A stretch of DNA of 33,458 nucleotides from a virus (Duplodnaviria; Caudoviricetes), in the IMG/VR virus record IMGVR_UViG_3300017978_000269, positions 1 through 33,458 of that record, one strand, 5' to 3'. The translations under genes were made by a program, and so were the position numbers. The notes under the pieces were generated by a model. It ran no database searches and was not told the DNA's origin. It was given only the letters and a program-made list of their open reading frames with translations. Positions 14,886-24,420 of the stretch are shown in pieces. How positions within the stretch are numbered: the first letter of the stretch is position 1; every line of letters starts with the position of its first letter.

Positions 14886-15245
14886 TTAACAAACTAGTGG
14901 TTTTGCCAAATCCATAGGGTTAACCCCTTTTGGTATTGATTTTGGGTCAATTATGTCATCAACGCCATTGCCATCGCGTAGCGCATGGATGCAATATGCC
15001 ACGGTGTTGTCCTCAAGTGCAACCAGCTCGTGGTTGTGTTCCGCTTTGATGTAAATCATGTGCGGGGCTTGAAAGTCGGTTGTATTGCCGTTTACGGTGA
15101 CGCGCAGCGAGCCAGAGGCCAAAAGGGTCAGGTGGTCAAACGGATGCGTGTGGCCGCGCTCCAAGTCGCCAGCTTTTTTGAAATGCATCTGGCGTGAGAA
15201 CAGGTTGGCGACGCAGCCGATTTGGACGTGTGGAGTGTCTGTCAT
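14886..15245 (-). CDS. Cupin-fold protein
   Basis: GHTHPFDHLTLLASGSL...APHMIYIKAEHNHELVALED...YCIH. Confidence 0.8.
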   Translation of the reverse strand: MTDTPHVQIGCVANLFSRQMHFKKAGDLERGHTHPFDHLTLLASGSLRVTVNGNTTDFQAPHMIYIKAEHNHELVALEDNTVAYCIHALRDGNGVDDIIDPKSIPKGVNPMDLAKPLVC

Positions 15246-15248
15246 CGC

Positions 15249-15527
15249 TTAAACCTCAGTAACTGGAATCTCACCATCGACCGGCGCGGTTTTTGCCGCA
15301 GTCCATGCGTCCACTGCAAATTGGAACGGCGCAATGTCAGCGATAAGTTGGTTCTGCGGCTTGGTCAACACACCGTTGGCAAACACAGTCTTAAATTCAA
15401 TCTCGCCATACTCACCATACCACTGCACGGCGTGGATGGCGGGGTCGAGTTGTGAAAGTTCAATGCCAGAAAAGAACTCGCCGTCAATTCCGACAGCGCC
15501 GTCATCGGCAACAATTGTTAATTTCAT
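15249..15527 (-). CDS. Hypothetical fibre-associated protein
   Basis: MKLTIVADD...IHAVQW...GEIEF; coupled to neighbours. Confidence 0.75.
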   Translation of the reverse strand: MKLTIVADDGAVGIDGEFFSGIELSQLDPAIHAVQWYGEYGEIEFKTVFANGVLTKPQNQLIADIAPFQFAVDAWTAAKTAPVDGEIPVTEV

Positions 15528-15835
15528 TATTTGACCTCAATTATTTTTAGCTCGGGTCGAGCTTGTTGCAACGTGGCCATCAAAACCTGCTGGCTCACGT
15601 CATTGGATTTCACCATCTCATTTCGAAAGCTCTCAACCGCAGCGCCAGTTTGACGTTGCTGTTGACTGTTCTCAATCATCAGCACTGGAAGCCACGCCAT
15701 TGAGCAGCCGTAGTCATCAATTTCTTCGCCAGTGTTTGGGTTTGTCCCACGCACCTTCATAAACCACGCGCAGTCAAGCTGACGGCATGGTTTAAAACCA
15801 TCAAGGGGGCAGTTGGCTTTTGGTTCGAGCTTCAT
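15527..15835 (-). CDS. Conserved Cys-containing hypothetical protein
   Basis: CPL..KPC..LDCAWF...GC..AWLP...GAAVESFRNEMVK. Confidence 0.8.
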   Translation of the reverse strand: MKLEPKANCPLDGFKPCRQLDCAWFMKVRGTNPNTGEEIDDYGCSMAWLPVLMIENSQQQRQTGAAVESFRNEMVKSNDVSQQVLMATLQQARPELKIIEVK

Positions 15836-17613
15836 TAGTCTTTAGTCGCAATAATCACATCCACATACGCCACGTTGATTTCGGCAGTCGCGGAAGAAAG
15901 CGAACCAGAAAAAGAATGGTTATGTGAACCGCCACCACCAATTGAACTTGTTGATTGTGAGCCAGAAACGTTAGTATTTAGACCACCAACAACTTTTGTG
16001 CTTGTATAAGGGTTGTAGGTGGTATATGTACTTACACTGTGACTATGACTTGGAATTTGAGTTGTTGTTAATGTTGTAGCGCCAACAGTACCGTTCAAAG
16101 AACCAGAAACAGACGGTGTACCAAACGCAGTGGTAAATCCAGCAGAACCGCCAGAACCCGCAGTTCCAGACACAACGCGCAGCGCTTTGTTATTGTGAGT
16201 TGTGGATTTAGTCCAACCAGTAGGTGCGGAACTTTGCACAAACACCATTGCAGTTCCAACATTAAATCCACCGCTAGCCGCTGGTGCAGACGAAACCCAA
16301 GCGCTTCCATTTGACGTTAATACATTTCCGGAGCCGCCGGGAGCAACAAAATTGACCGAAGAAGTACCATTACCAACAATTACGCTTCCAGCCGTCAGCG
16401 TGGTTGCGCCCGTGCCACCGTTTGCCACAGCAACAGTGCCCGTCACGTTTGCAGCCGTGCCCGTGGTGTTTTGGTTGCCCGTGGTGTTTACGCCGGGTAG
16501 GTCTATGTTTGCCGTGCCGTCAAACGATACGCCACCAATGGTTCTTGCCGTTGCCAGTGCTGTTGCAGTTGCGGCATTTCCGCTGGTGTCTTGGTTGCCA
16601 GCCGTATTAACGCCGGGCAAATCAATGTTGGCAGTTCCGTCAAACGAAACACCGCCGATGGTTCGCGCAGTTTGCAAAGCCGTAGCAGTTGCAGCGTTGC
16701 CCGTGGTGTTTTGGTTCCACGTTGGCACAATGCCAGTCAAGCCAGAATAGGCCACATTGGTAGCCGTTGCCGCATTGCCGCTGGTGTCCTGATTGCCAGC
16801 AATGTTTACACCGGGCAAATTGATATTGGCCGAGCCATCGAATGACACACCACCAATGGTTCTTGCGGTTGCCAGAATGGTTGCCGATGCCGCAACGCCA
16901 GAAATGTCAATGGCCCATGTGCCGCTTGGCGTAACAGTGGTGGCCGAGGTGACGCGCCCTTTGGCATCCACCGTCAATGATGGAATGGAGTTGTTGCCGC
17001 CGTAGGTTGCAGCCGTTACACCGCTGTTTGCCAGCGTCATAGCAGTTGCCACATCGCCAGAGCCGTTGACGCTTTCCGAGCCTGTAACGTCACCCGTAAA
17101 GCTCAATGTGCGCGAGGTTCCCCAATTTGCCGTTGTAATGTTGGCAGAGCCGTTAAAACTTGTGCCGTTGATTGTGCGTGCAGTTGTAAGCGTTGCGGCA
17201 GTTGCCACGTTTTTAACGCTGTCGGCGGTGTTGTCCACGTTGCCAAGGCCAACGTCAGCCTTCACAAGTCCAGTGGGTGTGGTGATTTCTGGCGATGTCA
17301 GGGTTTTGTTTGTCAGCGTCTGCTCGGTGTCAGTCGTTGCCAGAAACTCAGTGTCCAGCATTTGCACAAAGCGCCAAGAAATAGCCGCCGTCGGCGTGGT
17401 TGCCGTTACTTTGTATTCACCACGGGCAACAAAAAACTCAGCCAAGCCCGTTTCGTCAGTGATGAACGGATTTGGTTTGACTTCGGTCAGGTTGCGATTG
17501 ACGTAGATGGGCGCGAGTTCGTTTGTCGCTTCGTCGCGAACTTCAACCGATGCGCCGGGTTCCACGTTGCCATCGCTGTCAACAATCGTGCGCTGAAAAA
17601 TTGGTGCGGCCAT
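15835..17613 (-). CDS. Long tail fibre protein
   Basis: KADVGLGNVDNTAD, repeated TARTIGGVSFDG.ANI.LPGVN, collar-like APTGWTK, and TLTTTQIPSHSH...HNH metal-binding tip motifs. Confidence 0.88.
   Translation of the reverse strand: MAAPIFQRTIVDSDGNVEPGASVEVRDEATNELAPIYVNRNLTEVKPNPFITDETGLAEFFVARGEYKVTATTPTAAISWRFVQMLDTEFLATTDTEQTLTNKTLTSPEITTPTGLVKADVGLGNVDNTADSVKNVATAATLTTARTINGTSFNGSANITTANWGTSRTLSFTGDVTGSESVNGSGDVATAMTLANSGVTAATYGGNNSIPSLTVDAKGRVTSATTVTPSGTWAIDISGVAASATILATARTIGGVSFDGSANINLPGVNIAGNQDTSGNAATATNVAYSGLTGIVPTWNQNTTGNAATATALQTARTIGGVSFDGTANIDLPGVNTAGNQDTSGNAATATALATARTIGGVSFDGTANIDLPGVNTTGNQNTTGTAANVTGTVAVANGGTGATTLTAGSVIVGNGTSSVNFVAPGGSGNVLTSNGSAWVSSAPAASGGFNVGTAMVFVQSSAPTGWTKSTTHNNKALRVVSGTAGSGGSAGFTTAFGTPSVSGSLNGTVGATTLTTTQIPSHSHSVSTYTTYNPYTSTKVVGGLNTNVSGSQSTSSIGGGGSHNHSFSGSLSSATAEINVAYVDVIIATKD
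16450..16885 (-). repeat. Coding repeats in the tail fibre shaft
   Basis: Three copies of ARTIGGVSFDG(S/T)ANI(N/D)LPGVN..GNQ.T.G.AA; a more diverged copy lies near 17140-17200. Boundaries approximate. Confidence 0.8.
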
Positions 17614-17614
17614 G

Positions 17615-18397
17615 TCAGTCTACTCCTATGCCCGTCATGTTAAACGACACGGCCATCAAATCCCGAGGCCCAGTGTTCTGGGGGCGAATGTCTGCGCTTG
17701 TCCAAACGAAACCCACTTCCTCGGGGTATGCGTCAGGCCTCCAAGCAAAAAAGAATGGGCGCTCCCGTGCGGCTTTAACGAACGGGTCAAAGTTGGCACG
17801 ATACCAATCAGCCGTCAGGTGTTGGTAAGCCGCGCTGGAAACAACGCCGTTACGGATGATCGACCGCCCAAGGTATTGCCCACTTTCGGACAAGTTGTTG
17901 CTGTATTCGGTTTGGCGTGACAACGTGATTGGCGTATGCCCTGCGTAGATGCTGCGCTGCATTGACAAAGCCAAGCCGATGTAGATTACCGACACTTTTG
18001 GTGCGCCGTTGACAAACCGGATGCGCCAGTATCTTTGTCCAACAGGTTGGAACAAGAACATGGCGACTTTCTTTGTCGCAACGCCTTCCACTTCGGTTGT
18101 CCAAGTGCTATTGTCGTTGCTGGACTGCACCTGAATGGTCGTGCCTTCAATGTCGCCAACAACGCCAGCGTAATCGCACATGGCTTCTGTGCCGTTATCA
18201 ATGGCCCACGTTGCTGGCATGGCCGATGGCTTCCAGTATTCGTAGGTGGTGGGATACAACGGCGCAAGCGCGGAAAACCCCGCTTCGGTGGACGATGCCA
18301 CGGGGGTTTTGCCAAAGGTGATGGATTCGTAACCGATACGGCTGTTCCGCAGCGGTGTTATTGCGGTGATGACCAGTGAGTCGGAAATGTAAATCAT
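17615..18397 (-). CDS. Distal tail-type structural protein with discoidin-like segment
   Basis: Follows the tape measure; VQSSNDNSTWT...RYWRIRF. Confidence 0.65.
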   Translation of the reverse strand: MIYISDSLVITAITPLRNSRIGYESITFGKTPVASSTEAGFSALAPLYPTTYEYWKPSAMPATWAIDNGTEAMCDYAGVVGDIEGTTIQVQSSNDNSTWTTEVEGVATKKVAMFLFQPVGQRYWRIRFVNGAPKVSVIYIGLALSMQRSIYAGHTPITLSRQTEYSNNLSESGQYLGRSIIRNGVVSSAAYQHLTADWYRANFDPFVKAARERPFFFAWRPDAYPEEVGFVWTSADIRPQNTGPRDLMAVSFNMTGIGVD

Positions 18398-20241
18398 GCA
18401 ATTCTCAGCACGGAACCATCCGCAACCGCCTCGTTAATTTGGGTGATGAGTGAGCGCACTTGCTCACGCCCAAACATTTCACCTTGTAATTGTATCGTGA
18501 CGTTTTGGCGCTGTGCGACAGAAGTTGTGCCGCCCATGCCTGTAACTTCGCCAGCATTGCTGACGGTTGACGCATTGGATGAGCCACCACCGCCGACACT
18601 TAATGAGCCGCCGCCATCGCCAGACATAACGCCAGCGACTTGTGCAAGACCAGTGGCCGCAACAATACCCGCCTGAATCTTGCCATACATACCAATTTTG
18701 GCCGCTGCTGGTGGGCCAGCAATGGGGCCAAGCATCGCCAGAGCTTTCATTTGTGCAACAGCGGTGTTCTGGATGATTTGCCCAATGCTCAAAGCCTTGC
18801 CAAGCGCGATGGCCGCAATAGCCGCCGCCTTGTTCTTGCCACCCAACTGAGAAAGCAAACCAACAGCAGCATTGGCCGCAGACAAACGTGCATCGGTAAT
18901 GAGTTGTTGAGTTTCGCGCTCAATTCTCACACGCTCATCAGCGGCGGCTTTTTCACGTGCCAACTGCGCGTCCAATGCTTCCATGTCGATGTTTGCCATT
19001 GCTTCGCGGTGTGCCAGCAATGCCTCTTGCTCCATCAACTGATATTCGCCCTTGGTAATCAAGCCAAGTTCCAAGGCCTCCAACAGCTTTTCTTGCTCCA
19101 AGGTGTAGCGTTCTGCCTCTTGCTCTTGTTCGGTCATTGTGGCCGCAATACGGGCCTCCTCGCGCAGTTTCAGCGCGTCAATAAACGCTTGCACCTTTGC
19201 CAATTCGTGTTCGCGGATTTTTTCCAACTCATCGGCACGGGCTTTGGCTTCGGCTTCCCGAGCTTTGGCGGCTTCTTCATCAACAACGGGGGCAGCAGTT
19301 TTACCGCTAACAATGCGCGGGTCTTGGAAATCACGGCCACGAAATCCGGTGTTTTCCTGAATCTTTTGGGCTTCGCGGAAAATTGCCAAGAAACGCAACA
19401 TGGGCGAGGTGCTTTGCATCGCCCGGTTGGTCAGTTCGTCCAGCATCCCCGTGAACACATTGCCATATTGCTGCGCGTTTTGGATGCCAACAATCAGCGC
19501 GTCCGTGATGTTCACCAACGATGGCAACAACGATTCAGACAACGACTGTGCGGCATTGCCCGAAAGAACTCGCAAGCGGTCAAGGTTGTCGTTAAATTCT
19601 GCGGCGGCTTGTGCTGTTTGGGTGTTGATTGTGTTGCCGAGCTTGTCTGATTCTTCTGCCAGCGCTTGGATGCCCTCTGCACCACCGTTCAGCACCGGGA
19701 TAAGGTTTGCACCAGACTTACCAAACAACTGCACCGCCAAAGCGGTTTTGGCCGCGCCGTCCTCATACGTGGCGAACTTGTCGGCCACGTCTTGCAGCAC
19801 TTCAACCTGAGAGCGCAACGTACCATCGGCGTTTTTGACTGACACGCCCAACACATCAAACACCCGCGCAGCAGAACCGCCGTTGACGGATGCCATCGCC
19901 ATTGTGTTGCTGAGTTTGACGATTGCGCTCGTCATTTCATCGGCAGAGATGCCCGACATTTGGGCAACGTAGCCAAGGCGCGACAAATCCTCAACGGCAA
20001 GGCCTGTGCGTTCGCTCAGGTCAGTGAGTTTGTCGGCTGCGTCAATGAAGTTCTTGACCATCACCACGCCAACAGCCGCACCAGCAGCAATGGCGGCAGG
20101 GCCAACAGCAATCAATTTGTCCGTCAACTGAGTGGCTTTTTGACTGAAACCAGACAGCAAACTCTCGGAAGTTTTCAGGCCCGTTGCAAGGCCCGTGGTG
20201 TTTGCATCAATGTTTACGGATAAGCTGCCAATCGTTGCCAT
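18394..20241 (-). CDS. Tape measure protein
   Basis: MATIGSLSVNIDA start, Ala-rich helical sequence, LFGKSGANLIPVL motif. Confidence 0.9.
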   Translation of the reverse strand: MATIGSLSVNIDANTTGLATGLKTSESLLSGFSQKATQLTDKLIAVGPAAIAAGAAVGVVMVKNFIDAADKLTDLSERTGLAVEDLSRLGYVAQMSGISADEMTSAIVKLSNTMAMASVNGGSAARVFDVLGVSVKNADGTLRSQVEVLQDVADKFATYEDGAAKTALAVQLFGKSGANLIPVLNGGAEGIQALAEESDKLGNTINTQTAQAAAEFNDNLDRLRVLSGNAAQSLSESLLPSLVNITDALIVGIQNAQQYGNVFTGMLDELTNRAMQSTSPMLRFLAIFREAQKIQENTGFRGRDFQDPRIVSGKTAAPVVDEEAAKAREAEAKARADELEKIREHELAKVQAFIDALKLREEARIAATMTEQEQEAERYTLEQEKLLEALELGLITKGEYQLMEQEALLAHREAMANIDMEALDAQLAREKAAADERVRIERETQQLITDARLSAANAAVGLLSQLGGKNKAAAIAAIALGKALSIGQIIQNTAVAQMKALAMLGPIAGPPAAAKIGMYGKIQAGIVAATGLAQVAGVMSGDGGGSLSVGGGGSSNASTVSNAGEVTGMGGTTSVAQRQNVTIQLQGEMFGREQVRSLITQINEAVADGSVLRIA

Positions 20242-20244
20242 TGT

Positions 20245-20462
20245 TTACCTCAACAATTCATAAAGTTCTGAGCAATCTGCATCAGTCAGCGAACCCGCAT
20301 AATCCACCTCTTTGTCGCGTGGCCGCTTGGCCTCATACAGCAACCACCACTCTGCTGGCGACATTTTCCAAAACTCAGACGGGGACAAGCCCCACCCGAC
20401 AGCAACCACATAAAAACCACCCCAATCAATGTCGGTGATTTCTATGTTTGTGCTGGACTTTC
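20245..20462 (-). CDS. Frameshift-extended C-terminus of the tail assembly chaperone (gpGT-like)
   Basis: The -1 frame after the A9 run (20471-20463) reads RKSSTNIEITDIDWGGFYVVAVGWGLSPSEFWKMSPAEWWLLYEAKRP...LR*. Confidence 0.8.
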
Positions 20463-20768
20463 TTTTTTTTTCGGCTCGGGAAAGATGGCCGACAAGATAG
20501 CGTCACGCATACCCAAAAGGCTTGCCACGTCACCCGTCATTAATTCGCGGTACACCTCCTCATCCTCAACGCGTGCGCCGCCAGCCCGTAGGAACGAGCC
20601 AACGACAAACGCAAGATGAGACAGCGGAGGCGCTTCGGAACTCAGGCCACGAACCAAACCCGCAAGGCTGACGCGCTGTTCAATTTGGTTGAGCAGCAGC
20701 ATGGTGGGCTTGACCGTGTAGGTCTTGCCCTCCCAAGCCATCTCAACGTCTTTGAATACTGCGCTCAT
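20442..20768 (-). CDS. Tail assembly chaperone (gpG-like)
   Basis: Between major tail and tape measure genes; ends PEPKKKESPAQT across a slippery site. Confidence 0.85.
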   Translation of the reverse strand: MSAVFKDVEMAWEGKTYTVKPTMLLLNQIEQRVSLAGLVRGLSSEAPPLSHLAFVVGSFLRAGGARVEDEEVYRELMTGDVASLLGMRDAILSAIFPEPKKKESPAQT

Positions 20769-21157
20769 CAGACGGCGGCGGTGTAGGTGTAAGCGCCGGA
20801 CGATTGCAGCGATGCGCTGAACGTGCTGGCTTCGTTGTAAGCCGCGCCCAATTCAACCGATGCCACAAAGAAGTCGCCAGCGATGGTGCCGATGCCGGGA
20901 AAAGTGATTTCCACGTCTTCGATCAGACCAGACGAACCAGCGGCCAAAGCGATCAAAGAATCGTCCTTGGTCACGCCTTCGATGCTCATGTCGAGCGTCT
21001 TAGTGCCAGCCACGGACAACATGGTGCGGAAACCGCTGTCATCGTCCGAGGTAATGTCCACAGGCTCGTTGCCAATGGTGAAAGATTTAGTGCGAGCGCC
21101 AGCGACAGAAGCGCCAGCAACTTCAACAACAACGGTGCGACCAACAAAAGCAGCCAT
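20768..21157 (-). CDS. Major tail tube protein (TP901-1/GTA-like)
   Basis: EPVDITSDDDSGFRTML...SIEGV...ASTFSASLQSSG. Confidence 0.85.
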   Translation of the reverse strand: MAAFVGRTVVVEVAGASVAGARTKSFTIGNEPVDITSDDDSGFRTMLSVAGTKTLDMSIEGVTKDDSLIALAAGSSGLIEDVEITFPGIGTIAGDFFVASVELGAAYNEASTFSASLQSSGAYTYTAAV

Positions 21158-21168
21158 GATTTAACTCC

Positions 21169-21615
21169 TTATTCAGTGACCAAAACGTCACCAGATTCAG
21201 TTTCAAGCAACAAACCCGATTCTGTCATCAGCGTTGCGTTGATGTCCTCAACGGTCAGCCGAAACCGAATCACCCCATGTCTCGTCAAGCCATCGGATTC
21301 CAAGTAGGTTTCCTGAAACTCTGCGATACATTCTACCAAATGACAGCCAGAAACCGCTATATCTGCGCGGTTCAACTTGTCATAAATCTTTTCCAAAATG
21401 TCTTTGCACTCAAGCCGCCCACGGTACTGCGACCAGACGTGAATGGTCAACGTGGTTTCAGAGCCAACGCTCTCGTCCGTGTCAAACGGAATTGAGGTGT
21501 CATCGCCAATGACGATGTAAGGGTAGGCACTAACCTGCGGCACGTGGTCATAGACCGGATGGCCAATGGTTGCCAGTTCGTTATAGACGGCTTGCTGGAT
21601 GTTTGATTGCTTCAT
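21169..21615 (-). CDS. Tail terminator (DUF3168) with C-terminal LxTESG extension
   Basis: VYDHVPQ...YPYIVIG...TIHVWS...DGLTRHGVIRFR. Confidence 0.85.
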   Translation of the reverse strand: MKQSNIQQAVYNELATIGHPVYDHVPQVSAYPYIVIGDDTSIPFDTDESVGSETTLTIHVWSQYRGRLECKDILEKIYDKLNRADIAVSGCHLVECIAEFQETYLESDGLTRHGVIRFRLTVEDINATLMTESGLLLETESGDVLVTE

Positions 21616-22052
21616 TTCAACAGCCCTTTACCAGCGGCATCCACAATTTTTTGCAGACGCTGTTTAAACTTTGGGCGCTCCTGCTCAACGGCGGGAACCA
21701 TGAACGGGCGCGGCTCAATATCGCGAGTGCCAAACTCCAGCGGCGCGGCGTATTCGGTGTCTGCGGTGATGGTGGCTTGCTTGCCATCAATCTCGGCGGT
21801 GATGCTGTTTGCCAGCCGTCCGGTGTCGCTTGCAGGGGCTTGGCCCGGTGCAGAGGCTTGATGCGTGCGGCGTGGGTTTGTTTTGTCGTAAACAATGCCC
21901 GACTTTGTGCCACGCTGAATGGACTTGATGGCCGTGGTGCGGATGTTCTGCGCCGTGCCGTTCACAACGTCAGCAACGTATTTGTCCGCAGCCGCACCAA
22001 ATGCCGCCAAGTTCTTCAGCAGTTGCTTGTCGCCCGTGAGTGTGATGTTCAT
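21612..22052 (-). CDS. HK97 gp10-like neck/tail completion protein
   Basis: HQASAPGQAPASDTGRLANSI, YAAPLEFGT...PRPFMVPA. Confidence 0.88.
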   Translation of the reverse strand: MNITLTGDKQLLKNLAAFGAAADKYVADVVNGTAQNIRTTAIKSIQRGTKSGIVYDKTNPRRTHQASAPGQAPASDTGRLANSITAEIDGKQATITADTEYAAPLEFGTRDIEPRPFMVPAVEQERPKFKQRLQKIVDAAGKGLLK

Positions 22053-22387
22053 GTCGCCACCCCTCTCTCGCAAGACAACTCCAGCCATTGGTTGCGGAGT
22101 TCCAAGTTCAGGATGGACAGCACTTGCATTGCAACGCCACGCACCACAACACGGTCAGAGGGCAGCAGATCGGCCCTATACCGCACGTAAATCCGGTGGG
22201 TGACTGTTGCCTCGCGCTGCATTGCGAACAGGGCTTCACGGCCACTTAGCGGGGCAACCATGCCACGGGTGGTGAGTATGGGTGTCCACGTCACCACTTG
22301 ACCGCCAGCACCATCGGACACGGGCACAAGGCGCTGGAAAATCAGCGTCTCGCGCAACTTGCCCGAAGTCAGGTCACAACATTTCAC
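22049..22387 (-). CDS. Head-tail adaptor / head closure protein
   Basis: GKLRE...DGAGG...W...PLSGRE...THRIYVRYR; GTG start by GTGA overlap. Confidence 0.85.
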   Translation of the reverse strand: MKCCDLTSGKLRETLIFQRLVPVSDGAGGQVVTWTPILTTRGMVAPLSGREALFAMQREATVTHRIYVRYRADLLPSDRVVVRGVAMQVLSILNLELRNQWLELSCERGVAT

Positions 22388-22923
22388 AGCGAAACCTCGA
22401 CCCGGTAGGGTTTCAGAAAGTTCATTGCGCCGGACTTTGCCAAGGCATATTCGGCATCGCACGCGCCACGGTGGTCAAACATGAACGCCGCAATGGTGGT
22501 GATGCCCAACTTAATGGCTGCGGGGATAACGTCCATCCCTGCGGTGTATTCCACGCGCACCTCGTTGCCATCCCATGCGGGTAGGGTAATACGTGCGGGT
22601 CGGCGTTCGGCCTCCACGCTGTATTCCAAGTCCTCGCCATCCAGTGTGACAGCTTCAATGGAAACCAAACCCGTGTATGGCAACTCAAACACGTTGCCGT
22701 AGTCACGGATTGGCGACAGTTGTTGTGGGCGCAGTTGGGCTTTTGGGATGATGCCCACCCACTCGCGCTCGTTCAAATCCAGATTGATGTAGCGAATAGC
22801 CGCATCGGTTGCGGCACTCAGCAACAAAGGCAGCAGCGGGTCAGCCGCATCGCCACCGATAAACGCCGCCAACTCGGCAGCAGTTACGGGCGAAACAACG
22901 TCAGTCGTTGGTGTCGCTTGCAT
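22384..22923 (-). CDS. Head-tail connector (gp6-like)
   Basis: Position; VEYTAG...IPAAIKLGI...LKPYR. Confidence 0.8.
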   Translation of the reverse strand: MQATPTTDVVSPVTAAELAAFIGGDAADPLLPLLLSAATDAAIRYINLDLNEREWVGIIPKAQLRPQQLSPIRDYGNVFELPYTGLVSIEAVTLDGEDLEYSVEAERRPARITLPAWDGNEVRVEYTAGMDVIPAAIKLGITTIAAFMFDHRGACDAEYALAKSGAMNFLKPYRVEVSL

Positions 22924-23122
22924 TTTGTTTCCTTGGTCGGCCACGTTTTTTGACTTCCGGCTCTACCACTTTGGTGATTTCCGGGCCGTTTACCTTTTGC
23001 ACAACAGGATCCAAGTCGATAACGCCGTGGAAAGCAAGTTGTCGCGCCTCGTTGCCGTCCAGCAGGTCAACAAATTGACCTTTGGCCCCGTAGGTGCTGT
23101 TTTTGAGAAGTCGGTAAATCAT
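22901..23122 (-). CDS. Small hypothetical protein with AT-hook-like KRGRPRK
   Basis: 73-aa ORF after the capsid gene. Confidence 0.65.
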   Translation of the reverse strand: MIYRLLKNSTYGAKGQFVDLLDGNEARQLAFHGVIDLDPVVQKVNGPEITKVVEPEVKKRGRPRKQNASDTND

Positions 23123-23126
23123 AGGT

Positions 23127-23156
23127 AAAAAAGGGGAGAGCCGTTAAGCCCTCCCC
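23127..23156 (-). terminator. Rho-independent terminator after the major capsid gene
   Basis: GGGGAGGGC-TTAACG-GCTCTCCCC-TTTTTT. Confidence 0.85.
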
Positions 23157-23163
23157 GTTTTCA

Positions 23164-24396
23164 TCACTCAGCGGCGACGTCGAAGGAACCCTTGGTGAAG
23201 GCCTTGGGCAATTCGATACCGAAGCCATAACGCTCTTCGGCCAGAACAGCAACGCCGTTCTTCACGAAGTAATCGCTGTGGCTTTCGCTCACGCGCACGT
23301 CCATTTGCTCGCGATCATAGATGGTTGCGCCCATCGTCCAGTCGCCCAGCAAGAAGTCGCCAGCGGTCATTGCGTTGGACACAATGACAGGCACGCGCCA
23401 CAGACGTTGCTCGCCACCGTTGGGCACGGTCACCCAGATGTAGTGGCCGTCGCTGCCTTTGGCGGTTTCCAAGGTAGCCCAATCGAGTGGGTTCAACACC
23501 AAGCCGTTGATGTTGTAGTACTCGTTTTGCTGGTTCTTGGTGATGGCCGCACGGATGTGGTCCAACATTGCGCCGGGCAGTTCAGCATCAGTCGTGCCAG
23601 TGGCGATTTCGCCAACGGTGGACACACCAGCGTCAACCATCAAGCCAGTCAGCGATTGGTTAGTGCCAGCGCCGTAGAGCAACTGGGTGTCGCTCAACAG
23701 GTTCAGGCCATACATCAGCTTGCTGTCGATCAGGCGTTGCAACATAGGCGCATCGGTCAACACTTGGCGCGAAGCGGCAACCCAATGAGCCATCGTGCGA
23801 ACGGGCACAGTGACCAATTCGTAGGTAATGTTGCTCTCGGGCTTGGCTTGGAAATCACCAGCGCCGATGGCGGTGGAGGCCGAGCTTGGCTGTTGAGGTG
23901 CAGCGTTGTTGGTGAACACGTTTTCGCGCATCACTTCCACGGCGTTGGACGTGGTGGGGATGTGGGTCAACAGGTCACGGATGAATTGGCGACGCTCTGC
24001 ACCGATAACCACGTCAGCACGGCGCATGGGGTTAACCAATGCACCACCCGAAGCGGCCAAGCTGGAGATGGCCTTGTTCACGCGCACGGCATCAGTGCCA
24101 CGAGCGCCAGCGTTTTTGTAAGCAGCCGATTCAACGAACTGCGAACCAATCGATTTGGCTTCGGCTTGACCAGCGAATTGACGCTGTGCGGCTTTTTCCA
24201 TTTCGATGACGCGAGCGTCCATGCGGTCAAAGTCAGACTTGATAGCGTCCAAGCGCTCGGTGGCGGCGGTCAAAGCCTTACGGGTTTGCTCGGTGGCTTC
24301 GCCGTATTGCTTGATTTCGGCATCGCGCTTTTCAACAGCGGATTTGATCTCGGACTTAACGGTGTCCAAGTGAGATTTGATTTGTTCGAGTTCCAT
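23164..24396 (-). CDS. HK97-family major capsid protein
   Basis: N-terminal coiled-coil delta domain; AKPES, MAHWVAASRQVLTD, LWRVPVI, DYFVKNGVAVLAEER motifs. Confidence 0.95.
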   Translation of the reverse strand: MELEQIKSHLDTVKSEIKSAVEKRDAEIKQYGEATEQTRKALTAATERLDAIKSDFDRMDARVIEMEKAAQRQFAGQAEAKSIGSQFVESAAYKNAGARGTDAVRVNKAISSLAASGGALVNPMRRADVVIGAERRQFIRDLLTHIPTTSNAVEVMRENVFTNNAAPQQPSSASTAIGAGDFQAKPESNITYELVTVPVRTMAHWVAASRQVLTDAPMLQRLIDSKLMYGLNLLSDTQLLYGAGTNQSLTGLMVDAGVSTVGEIATGTTDAELPGAMLDHIRAAITKNQQNEYYNINGLVLNPLDWATLETAKGSDGHYIWVTVPNGGEQRLWRVPVIVSNAMTAGDFLLGDWTMGATIYDREQMDVRVSESHSDYFVKNGVAVLAEERYGFGIELPKAFTKGSFDVAAE

Positions 24397-24420
24397 GATG
24401 GTTTCTTTCAAAGTGAGGTT

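Noticed and set aside
16450-16885. Fibre repeats as a diversity-generating retroelement TR/VR pair
   Set aside because: No reverse transcriptase is present, and differences between copies look mostly synonymous rather than adenine-specific.
18640-19650. 336-aa plus-strand ORF
   Set aside because: Antisense shadow of the tape measure gene.
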